This document shows, in pieces, positions 23,815 to 35,521 of a stretch of 64,000 bases of DNA. Each line of letters starts with the position of its first letter. Position 1 is the first letter of the stretch. The notes beneath the pieces were generated by a model. The model was not told the origin of the DNA. It saw only the letters and a program-made list of their open reading frames with translations, and searched no databases. A program made the position numbers and the translations under genes. The stretch is from positions 150,040,001 to 150,104,000 of the forward strand of contig NW_027362771.1 in the NCBI RefSeq assembly GCF_046119375.1. The letters run 5' to 3'. The DNA is from Phyllobates terribilis (Eukaryota).

Positions 23815-25690
23815 AAGGACTCTGTCAGCACAGGATGACTGTTCAGACTAAGTACAGCCACTTGATGCTTCAAGGTGGGGTCAGTCATTTATATAAACCT
23901 TCCCAAGTGCTTAGTTTCCATCTACACTACCGTTCAAAAGTTTGGGGTCACCCAGACAATTTTGTGTTTTCCATGAAAACTCATACTTTTATTTATTAAA
24001 TGAGTTCCAAAATGAATAGAAAATATAGTACAGACATTGACAAGGTTAGAAATAATGATTTTTGTTTGAAAGAATAATTTTCTCCTTCAAACTTTGCTTT
24101 TGTCAAAGAATGCTCCCTTTGCAGCAATTACAGCATTGCAGACCCTTGGCATTCTAGTTGTTAATTTGCTGAGGTAATCTTGAGAAATTTCCCCCCATGC
24201 TTCCTGAAGCCGCTCCCACAAGTTGGATTGGCTTGATGGGCACTTTTTGCGTACCATACGGTCAAGCTGCTCCCACAACAGCTCAATGGGGTTGAGATCT
24301 GGTGACTGTGCTGGCCACTCCATTACAGATAGAGTACCAGCTGCCTGCTTCTTCCCTAAATAGTTCATGCATAATTTGGAGGTGTGCTTTGGGTCATTGT
24401 CCTGTTGTAGGATGAAATTGGCTCCAATCAAGCGCTGTCCACAGGGTATGGCATGTTGTTGCAAAGTGGAGTGATAGCTTTCCTTATTCAAAATCCCATT
24501 TACCTTGTAGAAATCTCCCACTTTACCAGCACCAAAGCAAACCCAGACCATCACATTACCTCCACCTTGCTTGACATATGGCATCAGGCACTCTTCCAGC
24601 ATCCTTTCAGTTGTTCTGCGTCTCACAAATGTTCTTCTGTGTGATCCAAACACCTCAAACTTTGATTTGTCTGTCCATAAAACTTTTTACCAATCTTCCT
24701 CTGTCCAATGTCAGTGTTCTTTTGCCCATATTAATCTTTTCCTTTTATTAGCCAGTCTCAGATAAGGCTTTTTCTTTGCCACTTTGCCCTGAAGGCCGGC
24801 ATCCCGGAGTCGCCTCTTCACTGTAGACGTTGACACTGGCGTTTTGCGTGTACTATTTAATGAAGCAGCCAGTTGAGGAGCTGTGAGGCGTCGATTTCTC
24901 AAACTAGAGACTCAAATGTACTTGTCTTGTTGCTCAGTTGTGCAGCGGGGCCTCCCACTTCTCTTTTCTACTCTGGTTAGAGCCTGTTTGTGCTCTCCTC
25001 TGAAGGGAGTAGTACACACCGTTGTAGGAAATCTTCAGTTTCTTGCCAATTTCTCACATGGAATAGCCTTCATTTCTAAGAACAAGAATAGACAGTTGAG
25101 TTTCACACGAAGGTTCTCTTTTCTGGCCATTTTGAGTTTATAGAACAAACAAATGTAATGCTCCAGATTCTCAACTAGTTCAAAGGAAGGTCAATTTTAT
25201 ATCTTCTAAAATCAGCCAAACCATTTTCAGCTGGGCTAACATACTTGTGCAAGGGTTTTCTAGGGTTTTCTAAATATCCATTAGCCACCTTACACAGTTA
25301 GCAAACACAATGTACCATTAAAACACTGGGGTGGTGCTTGTTGGAAATGGGACTCTATACACCTATGTAGATATTGCAATAAAAACAAGACGTCTGCATC
25401 TAGAATAGTCATTTACAACATTAACAATGTATAGAGTGTATTTCTGATTCATTTAATGTTAGCTTCATTGAAAAAAAAATGTGCTTTTCTTTCAAACATA
25501 ATGAAATTTCTAAATGACCCCAAACTTTTGTCTTTTATCTTCACCATTTTCTGGTCCGATGAAGCCAGAGCTGTCAATCAAAGATGGAGGGTGGAGATAG
25601 AGGGAAAAAAAAAGCAGGTAGGAAGGTGTATATAAATGATTGGTGTGGCGGTGCTTAATCTGAACAGTCATCCTGTGCTGACGGAATCTC
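23815..25690. mobile_element. T2/Kolobok-type MITE split by a Tc1 insertion (halves 23815-23922 and about 25531-25690)
   Basis: Left TTAA|AAGGACTCTGTCAGCACAGGATGACTGTTCAG; right CTGAACAGTCATCCTGTGCTGACGGAATCTC|TTAG. The interior matches the intact copy at 23281. Confidence 0.7.
23925..25530 (-). mobile_element. Tc1-like DNA transposon with a disrupted DD34E transposase
   Basis: TA|CACTACCGTTCAAAAGTTTGGGGTCA TIR; the other end (TGACCCCAAACTTTTG) is truncated. Transposase pieces: ATG at 25130, RRLTAPQL...VKRRL (24902-24711), and GGGNVMVW...QQDNDPKHTSK...SPDLNPIELLW (24653-24087). Confidence 0.92.
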
Positions 25691-26035
25691 TTAGCAGTAG
25701 CTTGGGTTCTGTTCCCTTCTGCTTGGGTTCCCCAGCCAAGAGCAGGATAGTGGACCAGTGTAACCAGCAGTAGAGAGGGTGAGTTGCTCAAAACTGGAAA
25801 CTAACAAAAAAAAAAAGGGATTCCAGAATGTTGTGTTCTGTGGCGCTGCCACAACTGAACATGACAAACATGGAGAAGGAGTCTTCTCACCTAGTGGCAT
25901 GAAGAACTGAAATTTTCAGATGGGGAAAATGATGAGATCCGGGATTGCCAACAGTCCATATAGATCCATGATGTCAAACTCAGGGCCAAAATGAAAAACT
26001 TGGACAAAGTCTCAGGCCAACCAGTATACAGTGTA

Positions 26036-26574
26036 ATGGGCCCCACATAGTCCTCCATACAGAATAATGGGCCCCACATAGTTTTCCATACAGAATAATG
26101 GGCCCCACATAGACCTTCATACAGAATAATGGGCACCATATAGTCCTCCATACAGAATAATGGGCCCCACATAGTCCTCCATACAGAATAATAGCCCCAC
26201 ATAGTCCTCCATACAGAATAATGGGCCCCACATAGCCCTCTATACAGAATAATGGGCCCGACATAGTCCTCCATACAGTATAATGGGCGCAACATAGCCC
26301 TCCATACAGAATAATGGGCCCCACATAGTGCTCCATACAGAATAATGGGCCCCACATAGTGCTCCATACAGAATAATGGGCCCCGCATAGTCCTCCATAC
26401 AGTATAATGGGCCCCACATACCCCTCCATACAGAATAATGGGCCCCACATAGTGCTCCATACAGAATAATGGCCCCACATAGTGCTCCATACAGAATAAT
26501 GGGCCCCACATAGTGCTCCATACAGAATAATGGGCCCCACATAGTGCTCCATGCAGAATAATTCCCCCACATAG
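26036..26574. repeat. 31-bp minisatellite (ATGGGCCCCACATAGTGCTCCATACAGAATA), about 17 copies
   Basis: Unit read directly; explains the repetitive minus-strand ORFs 25891-26640. A degenerate reverse-complement version occurs at about 29310-29470. Confidence 0.93.
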
Positions 26575-28290
26575 AGGTGGTCGTTCTTTTGTTGCGAGCC
26601 AAATAAAACCACCCAGCGGACCAGATTTGATATGTATCATATAGATGCAGTGAAGATTTATTTTTACATTATTTGTAATTGCAGCTGAAGTTTTGTGTCT
26701 GTAAGACCTCCCTCACACATCCATGTTTCCAGCACATGTGATATCAGTTTTTTTCATTGATACCACATGTACCCATTATAACCTATGCTGCCATGCACAT
26801 GTCTGTGTTTTTACACAGACTGTGCAAAACACAGAGAGACATGTCAGTTCTTTTCTGGCAACACAGATGACAAGGGCTAATACAAGTCTATGGTTCAGTG
26901 AAACATGGATGGCATCTGTGTACTGTACGTGTTAAAGATTGCAAAGTATAGGAGAAACTTTGTAATTTAAATCTCTTAACCATACCGGAAAAACACTGAT
27001 GGTAAACACCGATGACATCCTGGTTTTGGCTTACAAATACTGATGTAAACAACTCACCAAATACTCAGCGTGTGCACGTGGCCTTACACTCCTGTGCCAT
27101 TGTACTGGGTACTCTAATATGGCTACCAAAGAATACAGCAGCACAATGCATGCGCCAAAATATTTGCAAACAGTGAATATATGAAATATAAACTGCATTA
27201 TTGCTATATGGAATATACTTATAAAATGAAGGCACATAAATTGGCCAATTAATGAGAGCCCATTAGCCATGACAAGGTGACCTTTCTCTGCTGGGACCCT
27301 AGCCTAGTATTTATAAAGCCTACCTCTCCAGGGCTAAAAGCCCTTTAAATTTGTAGCCTTTTGGCTTGGTAGAGGTATGTCCTATAGAAATAGTTAGGGA
27401 CCCTCCAGAGAAAGGTGGCCTTGTGGCTGGTGGTCTCATATGAATTGGCTATTTTTTGCACTGGTCCTTCCTTTATAGAAGTATATTGTACAAAGCAGTT
27501 CATATAATCAATGTTTTTTCATTATACAGAGTGCTGCTGTAGTCTTTGGTTTGTATATTAGGCATCTATAGCCGCTTGTGCCTGTTCACACTTGCCTTAT
27601 TTTGTTCGGAGGTGCTGGTCGCAGCATAGCTCCCAACCGTCCCGGTTTCTGCGGGACTGTCCCTCTTTGATGGCTCAGTCCCGTGTCTTGTCACGGCTCA
27701 GCTGTTCTCTCGGCTGTAGAGGGTGGTGGGGCAGGTTGCGGCGATGGAGCAGCAGGCACAGGTAGTAGCCGGCTGCTGCAGCTACCACGTGTGCCCGCTG
27801 CTAAAGGAACTGAATATTCACTCCTCTCCATGCCCATGGGAGTGGAAAGGAGTGAATATTCATTCTCCTTAATAGCGCACACTGTCAATCGTAGCCGCCG
27901 GCTTCCTGCTGCGGCTCCGCGATCCTGTGTGCCCACTATTAGAGAGAATGAATATTTACTCATCTCCACTCCCATGGGCATGGAGAAGAGTGAATAAACA
28001 TTCTCTTTAGTAGCGGGCACAGAAGATCGCGGAGTCGCAGCAGGAGCGCGGCCGCTGCTGTGCGCGCTATTAAGGAGAACTATTCACTCCTCTCCACTCC
28101 CATAGTCCCGGCGTGGAGAGGAGTGAATATCCCCCGCGGCTCACCTCGGCATCTGAGGGCGTCTGGCAGTGATGTCATGCGCTGCTCAGATGCTGACATG
28201 AGCTGCTGGCAGACAGGACACAGCGCTGGAGCAGAGCAGAGGGGAGGAAGAAAGGTGAGTAGAATTGTTTATTTTTTTCATGTGTGCAGT

Positions 28291-28757
28291 GATGGGGGGC
28301 CATGTATATCAGGACTGAGGATGAGGGGACCATGCATATCAGGATTGGGTTTGAGGGGACCATGCATACCAGGATTGGGGATGAGGGGGCCATGCATACC
28401 AGGATTGGGTCTGAGGGGGCCATGCATACCAGGATTGGGTCTGAGGGGGCCATGCATACCAGGATTGGGTCTGAGGGGGCCATGCATACCAGGATTGGGT
28501 CTGAGGGGGCCATGCATACCAGGATTGGGTCTGAGGGGGCTATGCATACCAGGATTGGGTCTGAGGGGGCTATGCATACCAGGATTGGGTCTGAGGGGGC
28601 TATGCATACCAGGATTGGGTCTGAGGCGGCCACACATACCAGGATTGGGGATAAGGGCGGCCATGCATACCAGGATTGGGAATGAGGGGTGCCATGCATA
28701 CCAGGATTGGGAATGAGGGGTGCCATGCATACCAAGATTGGGGATGAGGGGGCCATG
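28291..28757. repeat. 30/31-bp minisatellite (CATGCATACCAGGATTGGGGATGAGGGGGC), left block
   Basis: Unit read directly; GAMHTRIGSE-type ORFs are artefacts. Confidence 0.93.
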
Positions 28758-29675
28758 CAGGCTCGGCGTCAGCACCCGGGAAAGTGCCAGGGCCCTGAGC
28801 AGGCGGGGGTGCCCACTCGTTGTCGGGCACCCCGGCGCACTATGGGACCCGTGAGCGGAGGAGAGCGATGCCAGCGCCCGCCCCCCGCTTGCTCAGGGGC
28901 CCCGGCAGCCGGCACAATACTTACCTCTCCCTGTGCGCCGCAGCAGGTCCTGCATCTTTCACGGGTGCTGCACTGTGACATCTCAGGTCAAGGGGCGCGA
29001 TGACGTCTTTCCACCGCAGCCTCTCCTGAGCAGTCACAGCGCAGAGCGGGAAGACGCTGGCGGAGCAGCCGGAGCAGCGGCAGCAGATGAGAAGTGAGGT
29101 GAGTATTGGAATTTTTTTTTTTTTTAATGTATGGAGGCATGGGGCATTATATGGGGGGGTGACATCCTGCATGGGGCATTATATGGGGGGGGGGGTGACA
29201 TCCTGCATGGGGCATTATATGGGGGGTGACATCCTGCATGGGCATTATGTGACGGGGAGGGGGACATCCTGCATGGGGCATTATGTGGGGGAGCAGCCTG
29301 CATGAAGCATTATATAGGGGCCAGTATTCTGTATGGAGCATTATATGGGGGCCAGTATCCTGTATAGAGCATTTTATGGGGGCCATTATTCTGTATGGAG
29401 CAATATATGGGGCCCATAATACTGTATAGAGGACTATGTGGTGCCCATTATACTGTATGGAGGAGTATACTGTCCGGTCTGCACTATGCGCTGCGAGGAT
29501 TCACCAGTTTCTGAGCTATTGTAGAATTTACAATAGATATCACTCATGTAATCTAAGCAGTGAAATCTTTGGCATTGTATTATATACATATTTCTCTGCG
29601 GTATCTGTGCATCATGAATCGTGGTATGTGTTAAAGGGGCCCACTGAGACTCTTTCGCCCAGGGCCCATAAAAAT
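28758..29675. mobile_element. Non-autonomous element nested inside the 30-bp array, itself carrying G-rich and 31-bp-type repeats
   Basis: Abrupt break in the array at CCATG|CAGGCTCGGCGTCAGCACCCGG. The array resumes after GGGGCCCACTGAGACTCTTTCGCCCAGGGCCCAT. Internal repeats ATGGGGCATTATATGGGGG and TATTCTGTATGGAGCA. Confidence 0.55.
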
Positions 29676-29679
29676 GAGG

Positions 29680-30965
29680 ATGAGGGGGCCATGCATACCA
29701 GGATTAAGGGGTGAGGGGTGCCATGCATACCAGGATAGGGATGAAGGGGCCATGCATACCAGGATTGGGGATGAGGGGGCCATGCATACCAGGATTGGGG
29801 ATGAGGGGGCCATGCATACCAGGATTGGGGATGAGGGGTGCCATGCATACCAGAATTGGGGATGAAGGTGCCATGCATACCAGGATTGGGGATGAGGGGT
29901 GCCATGCATACCAGGATTGGGGATGAGGAGGCCATGCATACCTGGATTGGGGATGAGGAGGCCATGCATACCTGGATTGGGTCTGAGGGGGCCATGCATA
30001 CCAGGATTGGGGATGAGGGGGCCATGCATACCAGGATTAAGGGGTGAGGGGTGCCATGCATACCAGGATAGGGATGAAGGGGCCATGCATACCAGGATTG
30101 GGGATGAGGGGGCCATGCATACCAGGATTGGGGATGAGGGGGCCATGCATACCAGGATTGGGGATGAGGGGTGCCATGCATACCAGAATTGGGGATGAAG
30201 GTGCCATGCATACCAGGATTGGGGATGAGGGGTGCCATGCATACCAGGATTGGGGATGAGGAGGCCATGCATACCTGGATTGGGTCTGAGGGGGCCATGC
30301 ATACCAGGATTGGGGATGAGGGGGCCATGCATACCAGGATTAAGGGGTGACATGCATACCAGGATTAAGGGGTGAGGGGTGCCATGCATACCAGGATTGG
30401 GGATGAGGGGTGCCATGCATACCAGGATTGGGGTTGAGGAGGCCATGCATACCTGGATTGGGTCTGAGGGGGCCATGCATACCAGGATTGGGGATGAGGG
30501 GGCCATGCATACCAGGATTAAGGGATGAGGGGTGCCATGCATACCAGGATTGGGGATGAGGGGTGCCATGCATACCAGGATTGGGGATGAGGGGTGCCAT
30601 GCATACCAGGATTGGGGATGAGGGGTGCCATGCATACCAGGATTGGGGATGAGGGGTGCCATGCATACCAGGATTGGGGATGAGGGGTGCCATGCATACC
30701 AGGATTGGGGATGAGGAGGCCATGCATACCAGGATTGGGGATGAGGAGGCCATGCATACCAGGATTGGGGATGAAGGGGCCATGCATACCAGGATTGGGG
30801 ATGAGGGGGCCATGCATACCAGGATTGGGGATGAGGGGTGCCATGCATACCAGGATTAGGGATGAGGGGGGCCATGCATACCAGGATTGGGGATGAGGGG
30901 TACCATGCATACCAGGATTGGGGATGAGGAGTGCCAAGCATACCAGGATTGGGGATGAGGGCCAT
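29680..30965. repeat. 30/31-bp minisatellite, right block, with a 333-bp higher-order duplication
   Basis: The rare variant GGATTAAGGGGTGAGGGGTGCCATGCATACCAGGATAGGG recurs at 29701 and 30034. Identical ORFs at 29711 and 30044 confirm the 333-bp offset. Confidence 0.93.
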
Positions 30966-31369
30966 CTGCAGAATGCTCATTACCAGCGTCCCTCTGACAA
31001 CTCCTGCCAGAGGAGACAGAAATAGTAAATGGGCGTGGATTGGGATGTGACCAGAGGCATGGCCAAAATTTGCTGTGGCCCAGCCACATAATCTGGCTCT
31101 TTTTCTCTTCTTCAAAAGTTGGGAGGTATGGTCACGGTTTGGTTTCTTTGCAGCTCTAATATGACATCAGCAGAGGCCAAAGCACTATTTATTTTCTGTT
31201 ACGTTCAGAAATCTAATTTAAAAAAACCTCTCCAAACTGCCGGTGGCCCAGTAACCCTGTACCCAGGCCTGGGCCGGGCTTCCCGCCTGCGGCTGTAGTG
31301 CAGTGCCCGTCCCTCCACCAGGACCCTCCATGTGATACTGTTCCCCTCACAGGGAAATCAGGATACCAT

Positions 31370-31480
31370 ACGTGATTGGTTGCGTTGTGCACAGTCTACA
31401 CGTGGCCCCTCATGTTTGTTAGCAATAAAGTTTTTCAGAACGACAAAGTGACGTCACTTCCGGCGCAGTCACGTGTGGCA
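31370..31480 (+). promoter_or_regulatory. KICS2 promoter: reverse CCAAT, two E-boxes, overlapping CRE-ETS site
   Basis: ATTGG 31375-79; CACGTG 31399-404; TGACGTCA 31449-56 overlapping ACTTCCGG 31456-63; GTCACGTG 31468-75. All lie 85-190 nt upstream of the first ATG, at the edge of a CpG-rich exon. Confidence 0.7.
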
Positions 31481-31561
31481 GGTAAACAGTCCGGTGTCAG
31501 CAGAGTTTCCCGGCGCTAGATCTCTTCGCGGGCTCGGGGCCGTGGTCCGTTCTTTCGCTGT

Positions 31562-31886
31562 ATGGTGGTGCCCCAGCAAGCGAGTGATGCTCCGGCTGCC
31601 CCGGAGCAGGGGGACGAGGATGACGACGAGCTGCTGCTGCTGATGACGACTTCGGTGATGATCCCACAGAAGGCGCCGCCGGTCACCGCCGAGCAGAATG
31701 TGCTGCAGACGTTCTTCTCCCATCTCGGCCACTTCTCCTATGACAAGGCCAAGGACAACGTGGAGCGCGAGAGAGAAGCCAACAAGACGGCGGGGGCGTC
31801 CTGGTCCAACACGCTGGCTGCCCTGGCTCACCTGGCGGCCGCGGAGAAGGCGTATCACAGCATGAGCTTCCTGGGCCAGAAGCCGG
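31562..31886 (+). CDS. KICS2: KICSTOR subunit 2 (C12orf66) exon 1; start codon is 31562, 31643 or 31658
   Basis: [38 protein letters not shown]...[13 protein letters not shown] matches vertebrate KICS2. Donor G|GTGAGA at 31887, phase 1. Confidence 0.93.
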
Positions 31887-31924
31887 GTGAGATCTAGTGA
31901 CCCAGCCTGCCCCGCCGCAGCACT

Positions 31925-32260
31925 GAGGGTGGTGGGTGCCATCAGTGACTAAGTGATACATGACCCTGCGACACGCCTTGACCTATGCCCCGAGGGTGGT
32001 GGAGTGGTGGGTGCCCTCAGTAACTAAGTGATAGGGTGTCACTGCGGCTTGTCATGACCTATGTCCTTAGGGTGGTGGGTGCCCTCAGTAACTAAGTGAT
32101 AGGATGACCCTGCGGCTTGTCATCACCTATGCCCCGAGAGTGGTGGAGTGATTTCTGCCCCCAGTCACTCACTGATGGTATGTCCCTTCAACTTGTCATG
32201 ACCTATGCCCTGAGGGTGTTGGTGTGATGGCTGCCCATCGTTACTGAGTGATAGTCCCTG
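31925..32260. repeat. About 70-bp tandem repeat in KICS2 intron 1, alternating shorter and longer units
   Basis: GAGGGTGGTGGGTGCCCTCAGTAACTAAGTGATAGG..CTGCGGCTTGTCATGACCTATGCCCC about 4.5 times; every second unit has an extra GGAGTGGT/GGAGTGAT-like insert. Confidence 0.8.
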
Positions 32261-33370
32261 CTATATGCCATGGCACACTATTACAGTGTTCTGATCGTGT
32301 GGGCACCACCACTGTTCCTATGTGACTATTAGTTATAACACAGTGGGGTTCCTGCTGCAGCTGCTTGGATAAGAGGAAAATCTGACCCTCGCAGTTCATC
32401 GTCTTAGGATATGTGCATTCGGTCAGGAGCCTCCTGCGGCCCCGACACTGCAGCATTGCCGCGCGACTTCCGCTCATTATGCAAATGAGCAACGCCATTT
32501 ATTTTTTTCACCTGCGGACTTTCCTCATTGATGTTAGTCTAGGAAAGTCCACATGCAGACCCGCAAGAGAAATTAACATGCTGCAGTCTGAAAGACATGC
32601 CACATGTCAGTTTCCACAGGAGCACAGAGACGCATAGTGGACATGGGATTTCTAGAAATCCATCCACTATGCTTGTAACATCTGGTCGCTGCGGGTTTGA
32701 CACTGCATAACCACCCATAAAATAACACAACTATAACATCATTGCAGGGCTGTAGAGCCAGTAAGCCAAACCCCCGACTCCTCAATTTCCCTGACTATGA
32801 CACCACAGTACTGCCTCACTACTGAGCGTGTACATAAAATGCAGCACAGATTCATCTCAACTAAAAGCCCAGATCCTTACATCAGGAACAGAACAGACAT
32901 TTATAGGACATTTCATAACTTTCCCAAATTCTAATGAAAACATTCACAGTTCATCCTGCATTGTACTACTGAACTCAATTTATTATGTATTTTAGGAGTC
33001 GGTCCATTTTATTACCGACTCCACAGCTCTGACTATAACATGACCATTGTACAAAACCAAATGTATAGATTGTTGATGAAAAGTCACTCACAAATTTGCC
33101 TCCTTAGACGTTGGTGTAAGACATGTACTACATGCGACTTTTCTGAAATTTGACTGTTTCTTTACATCTTTAAAATGTTCATGAAGAAGTCGAGACAAAT
33201 CACAACAGATGGGGGAAGAACTCAGTTTAGTAGAGGCCCAAGTATGCCTCTTTTTGACGTTGATGGCATCACTGCTGGACATACCATACATTTCTGATAG
33301 ATGCTTTTTTAAAATCTGGGGTAGTCACCTATGTAGAGGTCTTCTGACACTGGCTGGAATATTTCCATAA

Positions 33371-33918
33371 GGCTACATTCACACATCCGCGTGCCAGGGT
33401 GGTGTGCTGTCAGACCCATTGTTTAATTCATCCATACACACATCAGTTTTACAAATGGGTCCTTGTCTCTGGTGTGTGAGACTTGGAGCATTTCCTATTC
33501 TCATCTGTTTTGCTATTCCGATTCTGCCAATTAAAGTCTATGGGGATCCGTGTAAAACTGATGACACGCTGAAAATGTAGTGCTCGTTCAGATGAATGTA
33601 ATACGGACAAATGCTGTCCAAGTAAAAATCGGACAGCATACTGATCAATGGAATTCAGTAGGGCCGTTCAGATCAGTTTTTTTGACATGGTCCTAGAGTT
33701 CGTGTGGAAAAAATTGCAGCTTGTGCTATTCTCTTCCGCTTATCGGATGGAAATTGCCTGTGTAAGTCTGTGGGTGCATAAAAAATATCAGCTCCTATAG
33801 GGATCATCTGTGTAGCATCTGATCTTTATGGATAACTTACAATCGTTAACATCAAACTGTATTTGATCATGCACCTTTTAAAATATGTATAAAAACGAAT
33901 GTATCACAGATGTGAAGG
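33371..33918. mobile_element. Harbinger-type MITE in KICS2 intron 1
   Basis: TAA|GGCTACATTCACACATCCG left end; degenerate right end CAGATGTGAA. Confidence 0.45.
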
Positions 33919-35166
33919 AAAAAAAAAAAGTGGGCACATGGATGACGAGAAGAATGAAAAACTGTCCGAATTTCATGTATTTTTACCTTATACATTAGCA
34001 CTGTATGGATAAAAAAGTCCAGACAGTCTACCTGCCTAAGATGAGGAAAAAAAACAAAACAAGCAACTAGGATGCAATCTGAGAAAATAATTGGTCCGTT
34101 TTCTCTCGGATTGTTTCTTTATTTTTTTTGTTGGACAGCACATGGACTCATTGAGTAAAATGGATCTGTGAGGCTCAGAGCATGTCCTACTTTGAGAGTC
34201 CGAATAAGATACACTCAGTGGGTCTGTGTACTGTCCGATAAAAAATCTGCAGCACACCAACACTTCACACAGACATGTGAATGCAGTCTCTCTCACATAG
34301 AAGGGAGCTGAGATGGCTACACACATGCCCGTCCACCTCTTCATTCATTCTTTGTCTGGATGCAGCAGCTGCCTCCCTGTACAGGTAGAGCCTGTGGATA
34401 TGTCAAAATTGAAAATTCCACGTTTAGGGCGACGTATAATACCTCTAGGTGTGTAGAGTTGAAGGGGTTGTCGAAGCATGTTTCATTCTCAATAGAGCAT
34501 GGAGAGGTCCAAACACACACTGTATGGTACAGTTGAAGGGCAACCATCCAGTTCCCAGCAAATATTGTGCACAGGTCCTATTAAATAGACTTAGGGCTCG
34601 TGCAGACGTCTGTAAAACTCTGTCCGAGCACAGACCACAATACTCACACTGTTTGCGGGACTGCTGACCAGAGCTTGACAACCTCATAGGCATATATGAC
34701 GCTGTTGAGTTCAGGTCGGGGGAACCCATATATGGTCCGAGCATGGCCTGCAATACATAAGCTAAGTTTCACTGATGTCTGCTTGAGAATGGGCAGTACT
34801 TGCACGATGTTGCTTGGACCAGACATTTAATTCTGCAAAAATACAGAAACATGCTGGATGCATTCAGCGCCCAATTAACATTTGAATGATGGCCGCTGCT
34901 ATGTACCAATTTGCTATAGAACACACCTGCTGAGCCTTAGCCCAGTATTTTCTGTGTACTATGTATGCAAGTCATCCGTTTTTTCTCCTGGTCATAGGGT
35001 TGGCTGGATCCTCCCCTGTGCTAGTGTTTGATAGACAAGATGTTTAGAACTGTCTCCTGCCATTGTAACCAATGAGGGTTACATTTTGGCATTGCACATG
35101 GTTACATTTCAATGTCCATCCAGGGTCAAGTTTGCTCACACCAGTGTCTGGTCTTGTGTCTTACAG

Positions 35167-35455
35167 GTGGTCAGTCATTCTTCAGCAGGAAGGATTCAAT
35201 CAGAACGAATTACACCTCATTGTACAATGAACTGAAGAAGGTAGTCACAATCGGTAGAAATGCCACTGGTGGGACAGCTCCTCACTTGGAAGAACTGCTT
35301 TCACATCTGTCAGAACAGCTCTGCTTTTTTGTTCAGGCTCGAATGGAAATTGCAGATTTCTATGAGAAAATGTATACTCTGAGCAGTCAAAAGTTTGTGA
35401 ACACTGAGGAGCTTGTGAACATCTTGGATGCCATCCTAAAAAAGTACAACTCCAG
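35167..35455 (+). CDS. KICS2: KICS2 exon 2 (289 nt; [25 protein letters not shown]...AILKKYNS(R))
   Basis: TTACAG acceptor, AG|GTGGGA donor; phases fit exons 1 and 3; [26 protein letters not shown] is conserved. Confidence 0.96.
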
Positions 35456-35521
35456 GTGGGAACGATCTTCTTTTTATTCCAGATCCTTTATTCTACAACC
35501 ACTAAACTGGTTGGGTTAACC

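Larger units (their letters stand above)
27625..31130. mobile_element. Composite non-autonomous hAT-like element (3.5 kb) filled with minisatellite and a nested element
   Basis: TIR CATAGCTCCCAAC (27625) / GTTGGGAGGTATG (31130), 12 of 13 matching. The flanks GTCGCAG / GTCACGG are only a degenerate TSD. No transposase. Confidence 0.6.

Noticed and set aside
25891-26640. 120-249 aa minus-strand ORFs
   Set aside because: Products of the 31-bp minisatellite.
28175-31115. Many Pro/Gly/Met-rich ORFs up to 494 aa
   Set aside because: Products of the 30/31-bp minisatellite on both strands.
31469-31961. Antisense ORFs (157 and 92 aa) over KICS2 exon 1
   Set aside because: Shadow frames of a GC-rich coding exon; no independent evidence.
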